DNA of 64,000 nucleotides from a virus. A program made the translations under genes and the position numbers. The stretch spans positions 20,775 through 84,774 of the IMG/VR virus record IMGVR_UViG_3300047552_002060, one strand, 5' to 3'. The notes below the pieces were generated by a model, which saw nothing but the letters and a program-made list of their open reading frames with translations, did no database searches and had not been told where the DNA came from. Below are positions 18,473 through 27,631 of the stretch, piece by piece. How positions within the stretch are numbered: position 1 is the stretch's first letter; each line of letters begins with the position of its first letter.

Positions 18473-18889
18473 GTGATGCTTGCTAATGTTTTGTCTTTTG
18501 TTTTTGGAGTGGTAGTTACTCTTACTGGTCTCACATTGCTGTCTCAATTTCTCCTGAAGAAGAGGAGCCAGGCATTAGCACCGACCGAATATGAAGCAGT
18601 GTCACAGACATCCTCGCCTCCTCCTGTTGAACAACCCACCACCAAGCTCTCTGTAAAAGATCGCCTCAAGAAGGCAGTTGATATTACAGCTAAACAGAGT
18701 CTACTTGATGCCCGCAAGGGACCCGAGTTCGTCATGCAGTTTAATGAGTTAGAACTCGAAAAACTTTCTGTATTGAAGACCATTCTAGCCGATGGATTTG
18801 ATCCACTCATCGTCATTCGCTACAACACTGGTGATCAAGAGATGCTGCTGAGCAGCTATGTTCAGACGATCACCAAGGGGTTGGCTTAG
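18473..18889 (+). CDS. membrane-anchored hypothetical protein
   Basis: N-terminal hydrophobic helix; AAGGAG RBS. Confidence 0.7.
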   Translation: MMLANVLSFVFGVVVTLTGLTLLSQFLLKKRSQALAPTEYEAVSQTSSPPPVEQPTTKLSVKDRLKKAVDITAKQSLLDARKGPEFVMQFNELELEKLSVLKTILADGFDPLIVIRYNTGDQEMLLSSYVQTITKGLA

Positions 18890-18891
18890 TC

Positions 18892-19296
18892 ATGGCGTTT
18901 CACATCGTCACCAAAAATTGCTTTCTTGTCTGCGAAAAGGTCACCTCAGTGATTCTAGAAGAAGTTTTTCCAGATGGAAAACCAGTTCGTAAGACTAAAA
19001 AGAAGCCCGGTCCAAAGAAGAAAGAATCAGAAGAAGATAAGCAATTTTCAATTAACATCGCTTATTATCCAGTTAATACATCGCGCTCACAGTCATCTTC
19101 TTATAACAGCTCTTCTGGGGCAGAGGAACAATCGGTAGAATTTCGAATTATAGGAAGAAAAGAGGCAACCGCTCTCTTTAATGAGATCATTAAGGAAGTA
19201 CAGGAACAGCATCCTAATGAAGCTTATTTAGATAAGCTTGTAACTAAGATACTCTCTGAAGATGAGCTCAAAGAGAACTCAATTGAAGAAGCGTAA
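18892..19296 (+). CDS. hypothetical protein
   Basis: 134 aa ORF. Confidence 0.7.
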   Translation: MAFHIVTKNCFLVCEKVTSVILEEVFPDGKPVRKTKKKPGPKKKESEEDKQFSINIAYYPVNTSRSQSSSYNSSSGAEEQSVEFRIIGRKEATALFNEIIKEVQEQHPNEAYLDKLVTKILSEDELKENSIEEA

Positions 19297-19480
19297 ACTT
19301 ATCAAAGAGAAACGAGGTTACATTAATCTAATGCGTCATCGAGTTTTATTCGACTCTATATTAATAAATATAGAGCCCAGACTCAATCAGTATGTAGAGC
19401 AGGTCGATAACTCGCGCAAGGATTATGAAGCTTATTTGTCGCCGAGTGTTCCAATAAAGACATTGAATGTCGCTCCATAA
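19262..19480 (+). CDS. hypothetical protein
   Basis: 72 aa ORF. Confidence 0.45.
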   Translation: MSSKRTQLKKRKLIKEKRGYINLMRHRVLFDSILINIEPRLNQYVEQVDNSRKDYEAYLSPSVPIKTLNVAP

Positions 19481-19531
19481 TCCTTTCCGAATCCAAAAGA
19501 ATTTGAAAAATTAATTTGTATCGAGGTGATA

Positions 19532-20260
19532 ATGGGTACATTGCGGGACGAAAAGTATGAAAAATTAGATTATCTGTCACAACTCACTGAGATCGTTGTT
19601 AGTCCCCAAAATGAAATTTTGGGCAATTTGCCCGAGCGGCTAAAAATTGATTTTGAGCTGTTTAGTAAGGTAAAAACGCGAGCGTGGAATCTATCACTTG
19701 GTTTTGAGGTGAATGTAACTCAAATCTTGATAGAGATTCTCTCTCTAAGAGAGAGAGAGTATATTGAAGACATAAGGAAGTGTTTCACGCTTGAAGCGTC
19801 AGAAGATTTAGAAGTTGATTTTGATACTCAAAAGATGACTGGAACATTAGTACTAGTAAAAATCGACAATCAGCTAGATGAAAAAAAGTTGTTGGAGATG
19901 GCAATCGAAAAGGCTAAACGTCACTTGTCTTATTATTGTTGGCCTGCGAAGCGCCTTCGAGAGAAGATCTCTACGGTGTTGGATGTCTTTGAGACAGGAA
20001 GTGGAAGTGAGTGGGCTAAGACAGCATACGGTAGATCAGGATATGAGGGAGAGCGCAAGATATGTGAAGCTCTCACTTCTGTGATTCTTGATAATAAGTG
20101 GCGTATTCGCGACACATCAATTATTATCAAGATGGGCTCTTGGATACAAGGTTATCTCAAAGACGAAGATGAGTCAAATACTGGTCTTGTGAATCTTATT
20201 AAGCTCAAGATTATGGTCGATAAAGACCTTCCCATTTACTCTATCGACGAGGTCAAATAA
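19532..20260 (+). CDS. hypothetical protein
   Basis: Long ORF, GAGG RBS before ATG 19532. Confidence 0.75.
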   Translation: MGTLRDEKYEKLDYLSQLTEIVVSPQNEILGNLPERLKIDFELFSKVKTRAWNLSLGFEVNVTQILIEILSLREREYIEDIRKCFTLEASEDLEVDFDTQKMTGTLVLVKIDNQLDEKKLLEMAIEKAKRHLSYYCWPAKRLREKISTVLDVFETGSGSEWAKTAYGRSGYEGERKICEALTSVILDNKWRIRDTSIIIKMGSWIQGYLKDEDESNTGLVNLIKLKIMVDKDLPIYSIDEVK

Positions 20261-20757
20261 TGCCATCTGTGTCAGAAAGATTAGCAAAAATTATAGCATC
20301 GCATATACCACAGAAGATTGTCTTTAAAGCGTATATTACTCCTAATGAGAATAGAAGGAGCAGTGTTGTTTTTGAGCCTAAAGTCGTAAAAAGTAGGGAG
20401 GTCGTTGAGGACGGTCACGATCCAGAATTACATAAGGCTCTTTCTCATAATGTCACCGAGACATGGGACTATGGCGAAAATCGCTTCATGGTATCTACAG
20501 AGGTAGATGGTCTCTGGCGCACTATGAAATATGATGTTATTAGTAAGTATGATCAGATCAGTACGAGAAGCGATGCCACTAAGCGAAAGACAAGTAGATT
20601 TATTGATGGCATCAAACTCAGTGATAAGTATCTACCTGATTTTATCGCACAGATCTTCTTAAAGATAAATAGCGAAGCTTACAAAAAAATGTCACAAGCT
20701 GAAAAACAGGCTCTTTTCGAGCAATTTGAACCACTCCGGAGAATGTATGCTAAGTGA
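20260..20757 (+). CDS. hypothetical protein
   Basis: 165 aa ORF, TAATG overlap. Confidence 0.7.
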   Translation: MPSVSERLAKIIASHIPQKIVFKAYITPNENRRSSVVFEPKVVKSREVVEDGHDPELHKALSHNVTETWDYGENRFMVSTEVDGLWRTMKYDVISKYDQISTRSDATKRKTSRFIDGIKLSDKYLPDFIAQIFLKINSEAYKKMSQAEKQALFEQFEPLRRMYAK

Positions 20758-21283
20758 GCAAGACGACACAGAAGAGATTGTTGAGAAGATTGTGGTGCGA
20801 CGCAAGCTCACCAATGAAGATGTCATCAAATATGAAGCCATGGTCGAAAAGTTTATTCGCGACAGCTGCGTGAAGAATTGGAATGAGGCTCGCACTGGTG
20901 GACCTGATGCTCCTCTGGGTGCTTCTGGCTATACGATCAATGATTTGAAGCAGCACTTGCGTGCTGAAGTATGTGTGGCACTTCAAAACTTTGACCCCAA
21001 CTACCGAACTAAGGAAGGTCGGACAGTCAAAGAGAGTACATTCGTCTATCAGCATCTGACGTTTAGAGTTGGTCAACTGATGAAGCGACTCACCAAGAAG
21101 CGCTGTGGATACGGTGTGCGCCACAATCCAGTTCATCTGGTCATTGAAGATGGAGCAGATGAGTCTGCTCACTATGACGTAGACCTTGGACTCGCTATTG
21201 ATAAGCGAATCGAACTTACGTATGCGCAGAAGAGTCAAGTCCAGAAGTTCTTAGACGCGAAGAGATCACGAGGCTTTCGATGA
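20747..21283 (+). CDS. sigma70 region-2-like protein lacking region 4
   Basis: NDLKQHL...ALQNFDP...KESTFVYQHLTFRVGQLMKR matches the region 2.2-2.4 pattern DLxQ...A..xFDP...FSTY. Confidence 0.6.
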   Translation: MLSEQDDTEEIVEKIVVRRKLTNEDVIKYEAMVEKFIRDSCVKNWNEARTGGPDAPLGASGYTINDLKQHLRAEVCVALQNFDPNYRTKEGRTVKESTFVYQHLTFRVGQLMKRLTKKRCGYGVRHNPVHLVIEDGADESAHYDVDLGLAIDKRIELTYAQKSQVQKFLDAKRSRGFR

Positions 21284-21930
21284 AAATAGTAACAATCTCG
21301 GATACCCATAACGCCCACAGCAAGCTTACTATTCCTGATTGCGACATTCTCATTCATGCCGGGGATGAGTCTTTTCGCGGCAGGAGAGACGAGATCGAAG
21401 CATTTGTGAAGTGGTTCGATATTCAACCGGCCAAACATCTAGTCTGGATTCCTGGTAACCACTCTCTAGGTGTAGAGGCACACTGGCCAGGTTCTGCTAA
21501 TTGGATCAAGGATATAAGCCCAAGAACTAACATCCTGATGAACTCCGATGTTACCTTAGAAGGTTTAAAGATTTGGGGAAGTCCAGTTACGCCGTGGTTT
21601 TGCGACTGGGCATGGAATGTTCAGCGGGGAGCCGATATCAAAAAGTACTGGGATAAAATCCCAAGTGATGCTTCTATCGTAGTAACACATGGTCCACCAC
21701 ATGGAATCTTAGATGTAGTTGAGCCCAATTCCCATTCCGCGTATCCTCGACATGCTGGATGTGAAGAGCTGATGAAGGCAATGGTACGAGTCAAGCCTAA
21801 GCTTCATGTATTTGGCCATATCCATGAAGGATACGGCGTTCATGTTACGCCTGATACTACATACGTTAACGCATCTATCATGGATGTGGGTTATGATCCT
21901 GTCAATCTGCCACTAGAGTTTAACTTATGA
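21280..21930 (+). CDS. calcineurin-like metallophosphoesterase
   Basis: SDTH, HAGD, PGNH, THGPP, FGHIHE. Confidence 0.92.
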   Translation: MKIVTISDTHNAHSKLTIPDCDILIHAGDESFRGRRDEIEAFVKWFDIQPAKHLVWIPGNHSLGVEAHWPGSANWIKDISPRTNILMNSDVTLEGLKIWGSPVTPWFCDWAWNVQRGADIKKYWDKIPSDASIVVTHGPPHGILDVVEPNSHSAYPRHAGCEELMKAMVRVKPKLHVFGHIHEGYGVHVTPDTTYVNASIMDVGYDPVNLPLEFNL

Positions 21931-22310
21931 TGATTTATCTTGATGACATGAGATCAACTCCAGAGGGTTGGCATCGATGCTTCAAGATTGAAGAAGTTCA
22001 GGAGTTGATGCAGACGAATGTCGTCACACATCTGAGCTTAGACCACGATCTCGGAGCTTCTTACCTATGTAAGAATTGTTTTGACTTTGATCGCACTATG
22101 TGTGACGAAGAAAGTTGTACATGTATGTGCCACAGCGTCGAGTTCTTCACTTGTCCCACTGGGTATGATCTGTGTAAGTGGATGGCCGAACTTGACTGTT
22201 GGCCGATCAATAAACCAATGGTTCATTCTGCTAATCCAGTCGGTGCTCGCAATATGCGCGAATGCATTGAGAGGTACTGGCATGCACCAGGAACTTCGAG
22301 GAGATATTGA
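21927..22310 (+). CDS. cyclic-phosphate-processing receiver-domain protein
   Basis: IYLDDMR.TP, LSLDHDLG, TGYD, VHSANPVG. Confidence 0.75.
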   Translation: MMIYLDDMRSTPEGWHRCFKIEEVQELMQTNVVTHLSLDHDLGASYLCKNCFDFDRTMCDEESCTCMCHSVEFFTCPTGYDLCKWMAELDCWPINKPMVHSANPVGARNMRECIERYWHAPGTSRRY

Positions 22311-22531
22311 TGGATGACTTCACTCTAATACCTTTCGATACAACGAACGAGCACAAAGTACTCGAGAAGGCGCTAATTAAGGCATTATTAGAATTTCATC
22401 AACAATACGGAAGAACGGCTAGAAAACGTTTAGACATATCGATTGCGCTTTCAGCAGTGAAGATACTTGTTCATTTGAACAATGCACTTAATGAAGCCGG
22501 GTTGAAAATCGTAAAAAACAATGGCAAATAA
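22307..22531 (+). CDS. hypothetical protein
   Basis: 74 aa ORF, GAGGAG RBS. Confidence 0.55.
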   Translation: MMDDFTLIPFDTTNEHKVLEKALIKALLEFHQQYGRTARKRLDISIALSAVKILVHLNNALNEAGLKIVKNNGK

Positions 22532-22727
22532 CTGTTCGTGTGGACATCCATGGGGCGATCACTATGATGCATCATACTGCCTTCACGATGATTGCTACTG
22601 TGGAGTGTGTCTCCTATGTGGAGAACAGTTTATTGAGAGACCGTTGAACTTCGGTTTTTGTCCGCATTGTAAAAGATTAAAGATGACGCTTGATCAGCTC
22701 TTAAAAAAGGAACCCACCGATGCCTAA
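22521..22727 (+). CDS. small Cys/His-rich zinc-binding protein
   Basis: CSCGH..H...C...C.C..CLLC...CPHC. Confidence 0.55.
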   Translation: MANNCSCGHPWGDHYDASYCLHDDCYCGVCLLCGEQFIERPLNFGFCPHCKRLKMTLDQLLKKEPTDA

Positions 22728-23382
22728 ACATGAACACGAATTTGCGGATGACGAACAGACGAACCAGGTCCAAGAACCGGTAGACGAAGATGGACCCATC
22801 TGGGTCAATACTGTCACCGAAGACTCAGCGCGCGCTTTTGTCAAGCAGCTACAGATACAGTCACGTAAGGATCTCAGCGCTCCAATTATCATCTATATCG
22901 ACTCACTGGGCGGTGATGCCTATTCGCTGCTGACCATGATTGGGGCCATGGAATGCATTCCCAATCAGATCATTACCTGCGCGATGGGCAAAGCAATGAG
23001 TGCAGGTGCGATTCTTCTGGCCTGTGGCGATGTCAGATATGCAAGCCAGCACGCGACAATCATGGTCCATGAAGCTACAGCTATGATCGGTGGACATATC
23101 GATGACATGAATATTCAGCATTCTAATCTAACTAAGCTCAACGAGAAGCTGATGAAGCTTCTAGTTAAGAAGTGCGACTTCCGAGGCGGTGTCAGTGCAC
23201 TCAAGAAGCAGCTGGCCAACTCTCGAGACTGGTATCTCGATGCCGAAGAAGCCGCTAAATTTGGCCTAATTCACCATGTGGGTGTTCCTACGTTGTATAA
23301 GAATCTTTCAATGCAATATCTTTTATCGTCTAACCCAAGGGGAAACAATGATCAAGGATCTGGAAAGAAAGCTAAAGATTAA
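22720..23382 (+). CDS. clpP: ClpP-family protease subunit (copy 2)
   Basis: IYIDSLGG, GKAMSAGA, IMVHE, RDWYLDAEEA..FGLI. Confidence 0.9.
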   Translation: MPKHEHEFADDEQTNQVQEPVDEDGPIWVNTVTEDSARAFVKQLQIQSRKDLSAPIIIYIDSLGGDAYSLLTMIGAMECIPNQIITCAMGKAMSAGAILLACGDVRYASQHATIMVHEATAMIGGHIDDMNIQHSNLTKLNEKLMKLLVKKCDFRGGVSALKKQLANSRDWYLDAEEAAKFGLIHHVGVPTLYKNLSMQYLLSSNPRGNNDQGSGKKAKD

Positions 23383-23506
23383 CGGAAAGCCAGTACAAGT
23401 AATCTGTAATCAAATCGCCTACGAATCATTGAGTAAATTAGTTGTTTTGCCAGAGCTGCTAAAGCAATTAGAAAGCAAGGAAAACCATGAGCACGCACAG
23501 AGTTGA
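23348..23506 (+). CDS. small hypothetical protein
   Basis: MIKDLERKLKINGK..., fills gap. Confidence 0.45.
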   Translation: MIKDLERKLKINGKPVQVICNQIAYESLSKLVVLPELLKQLESKENHEHAQS

Positions 23507-24683
23507 AGTAGTCAAAATTGATGAGATTCTTGTTCATCCGGGAGCCGATCGCCTCGAGCTCGCAAAGATCAGCGGCTGGCAAGTTGTCACCGGAAAGGGC
23601 AATTTTCAAGTTGGGAACTTAGTGCTCTATATTCCAGTTGACTCTATCCTCCCCAACTCACTCGAGATGCGCCTATTCCCGCCTGGGTCAAAGATTACCT
23701 TGAAGAAGGGTCGCGTGCGCTCAATCAAGATCCGCGGACAGATGTCACAGGGAATGATTGTCTCTCTTCAGGTAGTTAAGGAGGAGCTGATTGCTCTTGG
23801 TAAGTTTGAACAACTGCCAAATTATCGTCACGGTGATGATTTTACTAATACGCAGGGTGAAGCCTTCATTGCTGAAGGCGATGATTTTGCAGAACTACTT
23901 GGCGTAACTAAGTATGAGCCACCCGAGCCTGAGTTTGCAGGTGGACCGACTAAGGGTGCCAAGAAGGCAAGTAAGAACCAAATCAATCCTAACTTCAAGA
24001 AATATACAGACATTGAGAATATCAAGTGGTACACTAATGTCTTTAAGGAAGGCGAACAGGTGTATATCAGCGAGAAACTACATGGGACATCTGCGCGCTA
24101 CGGATATGTCCCTCGTCACTATGAGGGATTCTTGGCTCCACTTAGGACAGCGGTGATGGATTTTCTCTCTAAGTGGGGTGTCGTCAAGACACACCAGTTC
24201 GTGTATGGCTCGCGAAATTGTCAACTTCACACGGGCTCAAATCAGAGCTGGTACAAGGAAGATGTCTACTCGAAGATTCTTCACCAGGAAGATATCAAGA
24301 GCAAACTACAACCTGGTGAGTGTGTTTATGGCGAGATCGTTGGCCACAATATCCAGAAGAACTATGCCTATGGCTGTAAGGAAGGAGAGCATAAGTTCTA
24401 TGTCTATGATGTGATGGTAGACGGCAAGTGGCTCGATTATCCTGCCTTTGCTCGATGGTGTAGTCAACGTGGCTTCGCGCCTGTTCCTAAGCTCTATGTC
24501 GGTCCTTGGAGTCAAGAGGTTCATATGAAGCACCGCGACGGCGAGTCCACTATCGGCGGACAGAAGATCCGCGAAGGTGTGGTAGTTAAGTCTGTCGTAG
24601 ACGAAGAGTCTATCTGCGGGCGTAAGGTACTAAAGAGCATCAGTGATGCTTACTATCTAGAGGATAATAGTTCTTATCACTAG
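23487..24683 (+). CDS. rnl: RNA ligase (Rnl2/DRB0094-type) with N-terminal tRNA-binding OB fold
   Basis: HPGADRLE...RSIKIRGQMSQG OB domain; SEKLHGT, YGEIVG, FYVYDV, REGVVVK, LKSIS. Confidence 0.92.
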   Translation: MSTHRVEVVKIDEILVHPGADRLELAKISGWQVVTGKGNFQVGNLVLYIPVDSILPNSLEMRLFPPGSKITLKKGRVRSIKIRGQMSQGMIVSLQVVKEELIALGKFEQLPNYRHGDDFTNTQGEAFIAEGDDFAELLGVTKYEPPEPEFAGGPTKGAKKASKNQINPNFKKYTDIENIKWYTNVFKEGEQVYISEKLHGTSARYGYVPRHYEGFLAPLRTAVMDFLSKWGVVKTHQFVYGSRNCQLHTGSNQSWYKEDVYSKILHQEDIKSKLQPGECVYGEIVGHNIQKNYAYGCKEGEHKFYVYDVMVDGKWLDYPAFARWCSQRGFAPVPKLYVGPWSQEVHMKHRDGESTIGGQKIREGVVVKSVVDEESICGRKVLKSISDAYYLEDNSSYH

Positions 24684-24685
24684 TT

Positions 24686-25156
24686 ATGAAAGAAATTGTA
24701 TTAAATGGCAAGTATGCTAATGGTCGAAAGGCCCTAATAGATGATCAAGATTATGACAATCTAACCGACCATTCGTGGTCTGTTGGTAGCAATGGTTATC
24801 CACGGTGTACTCATGAACAAAAACAATTTCTTATGCATGACTTCATCATGCCGCCGGTTCCCGGCATGATGGTTGATCACATTAACCAAAATAAGCTAGA
24901 CAATCGTCGAGATAATTTACGGTATGTGACTAAGTCGCAGAATATGACCAATCGCCCGAAGCAAAAGAATAATACGTCTGGAAATAAGGGAGTTTATTAC
25001 CTTAAATCAGGCAATAGGAGTAGGCGTTGGTTCGCTAAATTCAAGTTTAATGGAAGGTTTTATCAGTCTGAATATGTAGCTACAAAGGACGAAGCAGTTA
25101 AACTTTATGAGCAATTGGCTTCTAAATATCAAGGTCAATACAAATCGACGGTATGA
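24686..25156 (+). CDS. HNH-AP2 homing endonuclease
   Basis: VDHINQNKLDNRRDNLR..T.SQN, NNTSGNKGV, AP2-like C-terminus. Confidence 0.9.
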   Translation: MKEIVLNGKYANGRKALIDDQDYDNLTDHSWSVGSNGYPRCTHEQKQFLMHDFIMPPVPGMMVDHINQNKLDNRRDNLRYVTKSQNMTNRPKQKNNTSGNKGVYYLKSGNRSRRWFAKFKFNGRFYQSEYVATKDEAVKLYEQLASKYQGQYKSTV

Positions 25157-25359
25157 CATATCGTAATATTTACTATATTCAAGATAATACAAAAAATCAT
25201 AAAGAAGATGAAGTCTATGTACACATGGCACGCTTCTTTTGTTTGTGCGACTCTCTGTTCTCGACTCAATGCAAATCTTGGAATTTTTATGTAAGTGATC
25301 TTTTAAAGTTCGCTAAACGATATAGCAGAAGACCTGCAAGGCAGGAACATCAACTATGA
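25153..25359 (+). CDS. small protein, divergent FF..L..W family member
   Basis: ARFFCLCDSLF...SWNFYVSDL; ATGA overlaps. Confidence 0.5.
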   Translation: MTYRNIYYIQDNTKNHKEDEVYVHMARFFCLCDSLFSTQCKSWNFYVSDLLKFAKRYSRRPARQEHQL

Positions 25360-25574
25360 TCAAACTTGCGGATATGATTAAACTTACAGATATAAGGTCT
25401 TTGCTGCCTCTCTCCCACAAAGAAAAATGGGAGAGAGTTCATGGTGCAATTTGTGGGTTATTTACTGTAGGTGCCCATCTATTTCCAGAAATAAAGGCAT
25501 GGGACACATACTTGTCTGATCTCAGTGTTTTTACGCAGAGGTGGACCCCATATGCCCGTATCAAACAAAGGTGA
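25356..25574 (+). CDS. small protein, paralog of preceding ORF
   Basis: GLFTVGAHLF...AWDTYLSDL. Confidence 0.5.
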   Translation: MIKLADMIKLTDIRSLLPLSHKEKWERVHGAICGLFTVGAHLFPEIKAWDTYLSDLSVFTQRWTPYARIKQR

Positions 25575-25716
25575 AACACCAGAGCTTAAAGCTGCATGGA
25601 GATTCTTTAAAGTGGTTAATGACCTCAAGTTAGCTAATATCTTTGGCATGCTTTGGAATGTTTATCCTGTTTTAACTTTTATGGAACGTCGCAATCATGC
25701 CAGACTGCAGACTTAG
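25552..25716 (+). CDS. small protein, FF..LKL family member
   Basis: KAAWRFFKVVNDLKLAN; GAGG RBS. Confidence 0.55.
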   Translation: MPVSNKGETPELKAAWRFFKVVNDLKLANIFGMLWNVYPVLTFMERRNHARLQT

Positions 25717-25921
25717 TGATTGCCTTTACCGAAATAAAAAGAAAAATGGCGGCATGCGCGCCGTGGGTGGATGTAAGTGTGATAAATGTCCACAATGTGG
25801 GTCTTACATAAGACCTACAAGACCGGAATATCACAGAGATTGGTGCTCTTATCAGTGGTGGATTCCTCCACACCATAGGGGCAAGATGACCTCTAGACCA
25901 AGTCCTCTTTTTAAAAGATAG
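25697..25921 (+). CDS. small Cys-rich protein
   Basis: GGCKCDKCPQC...H...C. Confidence 0.5.
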   Translation: MPDCRLSDCLYRNKKKNGGMRAVGGCKCDKCPQCGSYIRPTRPEYHRDWCSYQWWIPPHHRGKMTSRPSPLFKR

Positions 25922-25932
25922 GAGTATTAGGT

Positions 25933-26088
25933 TTGATAAATAGGGAAAGAGCCTGTCTCTTAATCACTCGGCGCTTAATAATAGTCCTATCTAGATTAGA
26001 CTTGGTTTTATATGCCACTGCGGTCAATTTAATCTTGAGCACAATCCCACTACAAAAGTTCAGTGAATCGTGGGTAAAGAAAAATTGA
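25933..26088 (+). CDS. small protein, divergent family member (not in ORF track)
   Basis: TTG start after AGGAG; ITRRLIIVLSRLDLV; TGATG overlap. Confidence 0.4.
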   Translation: MINRERACLLITRRLIIVLSRLDLVLYATAVNLILSTIPLQKFSESWVKKN

Positions 26089-26258
26089 TGAAAGGTTTAA
26101 CAGCGATAGACATCGATGTTGCTGTTTTTAATTTTTTCAATATGATTTACTTGTTAAAACTTGCACCTAAGAGTTTAGCGACGAAAACAGATGTTCGCGT
26201 AGCAACAATAACAATGCGCTCGATAAATCTATTATTCCTTATGAAGGGGTTCTCTTGA
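26088..26258 (+). CDS. small protein, FF..LKL family member
   Basis: VAVFNFFNMIYLLKLAP. Confidence 0.5.
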   Translation: MKGLTAIDIDVAVFNFFNMIYLLKLAPKSLATKTDVRVATITMRSINLLFLMKGFS

Positions 26259-26902
26259 AAATCTTAGTCGATATGGATGGAATCATAGTAGATACGCTGC
26301 CAACCTGGCTTCAGCGTATCTACTGGTGGACTGGTGTCAAAGTAAACCCAGACGATATTACTCAATGGGACCTCATCAAAGATCCAGCTTTGAGTAAGTT
26401 ACAGCCGAGTCAGATATTTGACATCCTAGATGAGAAGCATTTTACGCTCCAGTTGCCAGAGATGCCTGAGGCCACTCGATTTCTCGAAAAGTTACATGAT
26501 GCCGGCCATGAGATTAACGTTGTTACTGCTAGGTTTGGCATGAACTGTATGCCCGAGACGATCTCCTGGCTACAAGAGATGATGCCGTGGTTCAATGCTA
26601 AAAAGAAGACGTTCTTCTGCTACGACAAGCATCGAATCACAGGAGACATCCTTATCGATGACAAGGCAGAGAATCTCGTCCGGTATAATCAAGAATATCC
26701 CAACGCCAAATTGATCACGATAGACTATCCCTTTAATAAGGATACTCCCGCAGGAACCTTTCGGGCTCGTAAGGACGGATGCGAATGGGAGCAGATCGAA
26801 TTTTATATCAGAAAGAAGTTGGCGAAGCCAACCTGTTCTTGGTGTGGTGATTCAGAAGAAATGCATGGTGGAATGGGACACTCTCACCACTTTGAGGAAT
26901 AA
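26255..26902 (+). CDS. 5'(3')-deoxyribonucleotidase (HAD, NT5C-like)
   Basis: LVDMDGII, VVTAR, DILIDDK, PFN. Confidence 0.9.
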   Translation: MKILVDMDGIIVDTLPTWLQRIYWWTGVKVNPDDITQWDLIKDPALSKLQPSQIFDILDEKHFTLQLPEMPEATRFLEKLHDAGHEINVVTARFGMNCMPETISWLQEMMPWFNAKKKTFFCYDKHRITGDILIDDKAENLVRYNQEYPNAKLITIDYPFNKDTPAGTFRARKDGCEWEQIEFYIRKKLAKPTCSWCGDSEEMHGGMGHSHHFEE

Positions 26903-27631
26903 ATGAACAACTATCAAACGACACATGAAGCTTATCTAGGTACGCTGCGGGACATCTGGAACAATCCAGACTATAAGACCGCACCTCGTGGGTTGCCCAT
27001 TCGAGAGAAGGTCGATTATTCTTTTAAGGTGGAAAACCCAACGTCTGAGCCAATCAAGACAGCCAATCTAGAGAGGAATAAGGTCATTGAAGACTACACA
27101 CGACAAGAGGTCATACTATACAACTCAGGCACTAATAAAACTGCTGACTTTGCTAAAGCTAGTAAGTTTTGGGAAAAGTTATCGAATCCGGACGGGACTA
27201 TCAATTCGGCTTATGGATTCTTAATCTGGAGGAACTACAGTTGTACGAGTAAATTTAGTGATCGAGCTATGACTCCATGGGAGTGGGCATGTGAATCACT
27301 ATTGGCCGATAAGGATACACGTCAAGCTGTGATGCATTTTGCTAAGGACGAGCATAAGTGGCTAGGTAATAAAGATCAGGTCTGTACCCTTACAGGCAAT
27401 TGGCTGATTCGAGACAACAAGTTAAATTTAACAATTGTGATGAGGTCGAACGACGTAGTCAAAGGACTCGTGTACGATCTTCCTTGGTTCTGCAGTTTGA
27501 TGGATAAGATGCTAGAAGACCTAAAGCCTCAATATCCTGACTTACAAAAGGGTAAGTATACGCATATTGCCCACTCTATGCATGCATACGAGAAGGATGC
27601 GGATGGCATCTTGAAGATGCTAGGAGACTAG
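26903..27631 (+). CDS. thymidylate synthase-family enzyme, dCMP hydroxymethylase-like
   Basis: INSAYG, DTRQA, DQVCT (catalytic Cys), IRDNKL, MRSNDVVKGLVYD (Asp at specificity position), SMHAYE. Confidence 0.85.
   Translation: MNNYQTTHEAYLGTLRDIWNNPDYKTAPRGLPIREKVDYSFKVENPTSEPIKTANLERNKVIEDYTRQEVILYNSGTNKTADFAKASKFWEKLSNPDGTINSAYGFLIWRNYSCTSKFSDRAMTPWEWACESLLADKDTRQAVMHFAKDEHKWLGNKDQVCTLTGNWLIRDNKLNLTIVMRSNDVVKGLVYDLPWFCSLMDKMLEDLKPQYPDLQKGKYTHIAHSMHAYEKDADGILKMLGD

Noticed and set aside
23487-25156. Group I intron or intein associated with the HNH next to RNA ligase
   Set aside because: Ligase ends with its normal C-terminal motif and stop; the HNH is free-standing with no flanking intron core
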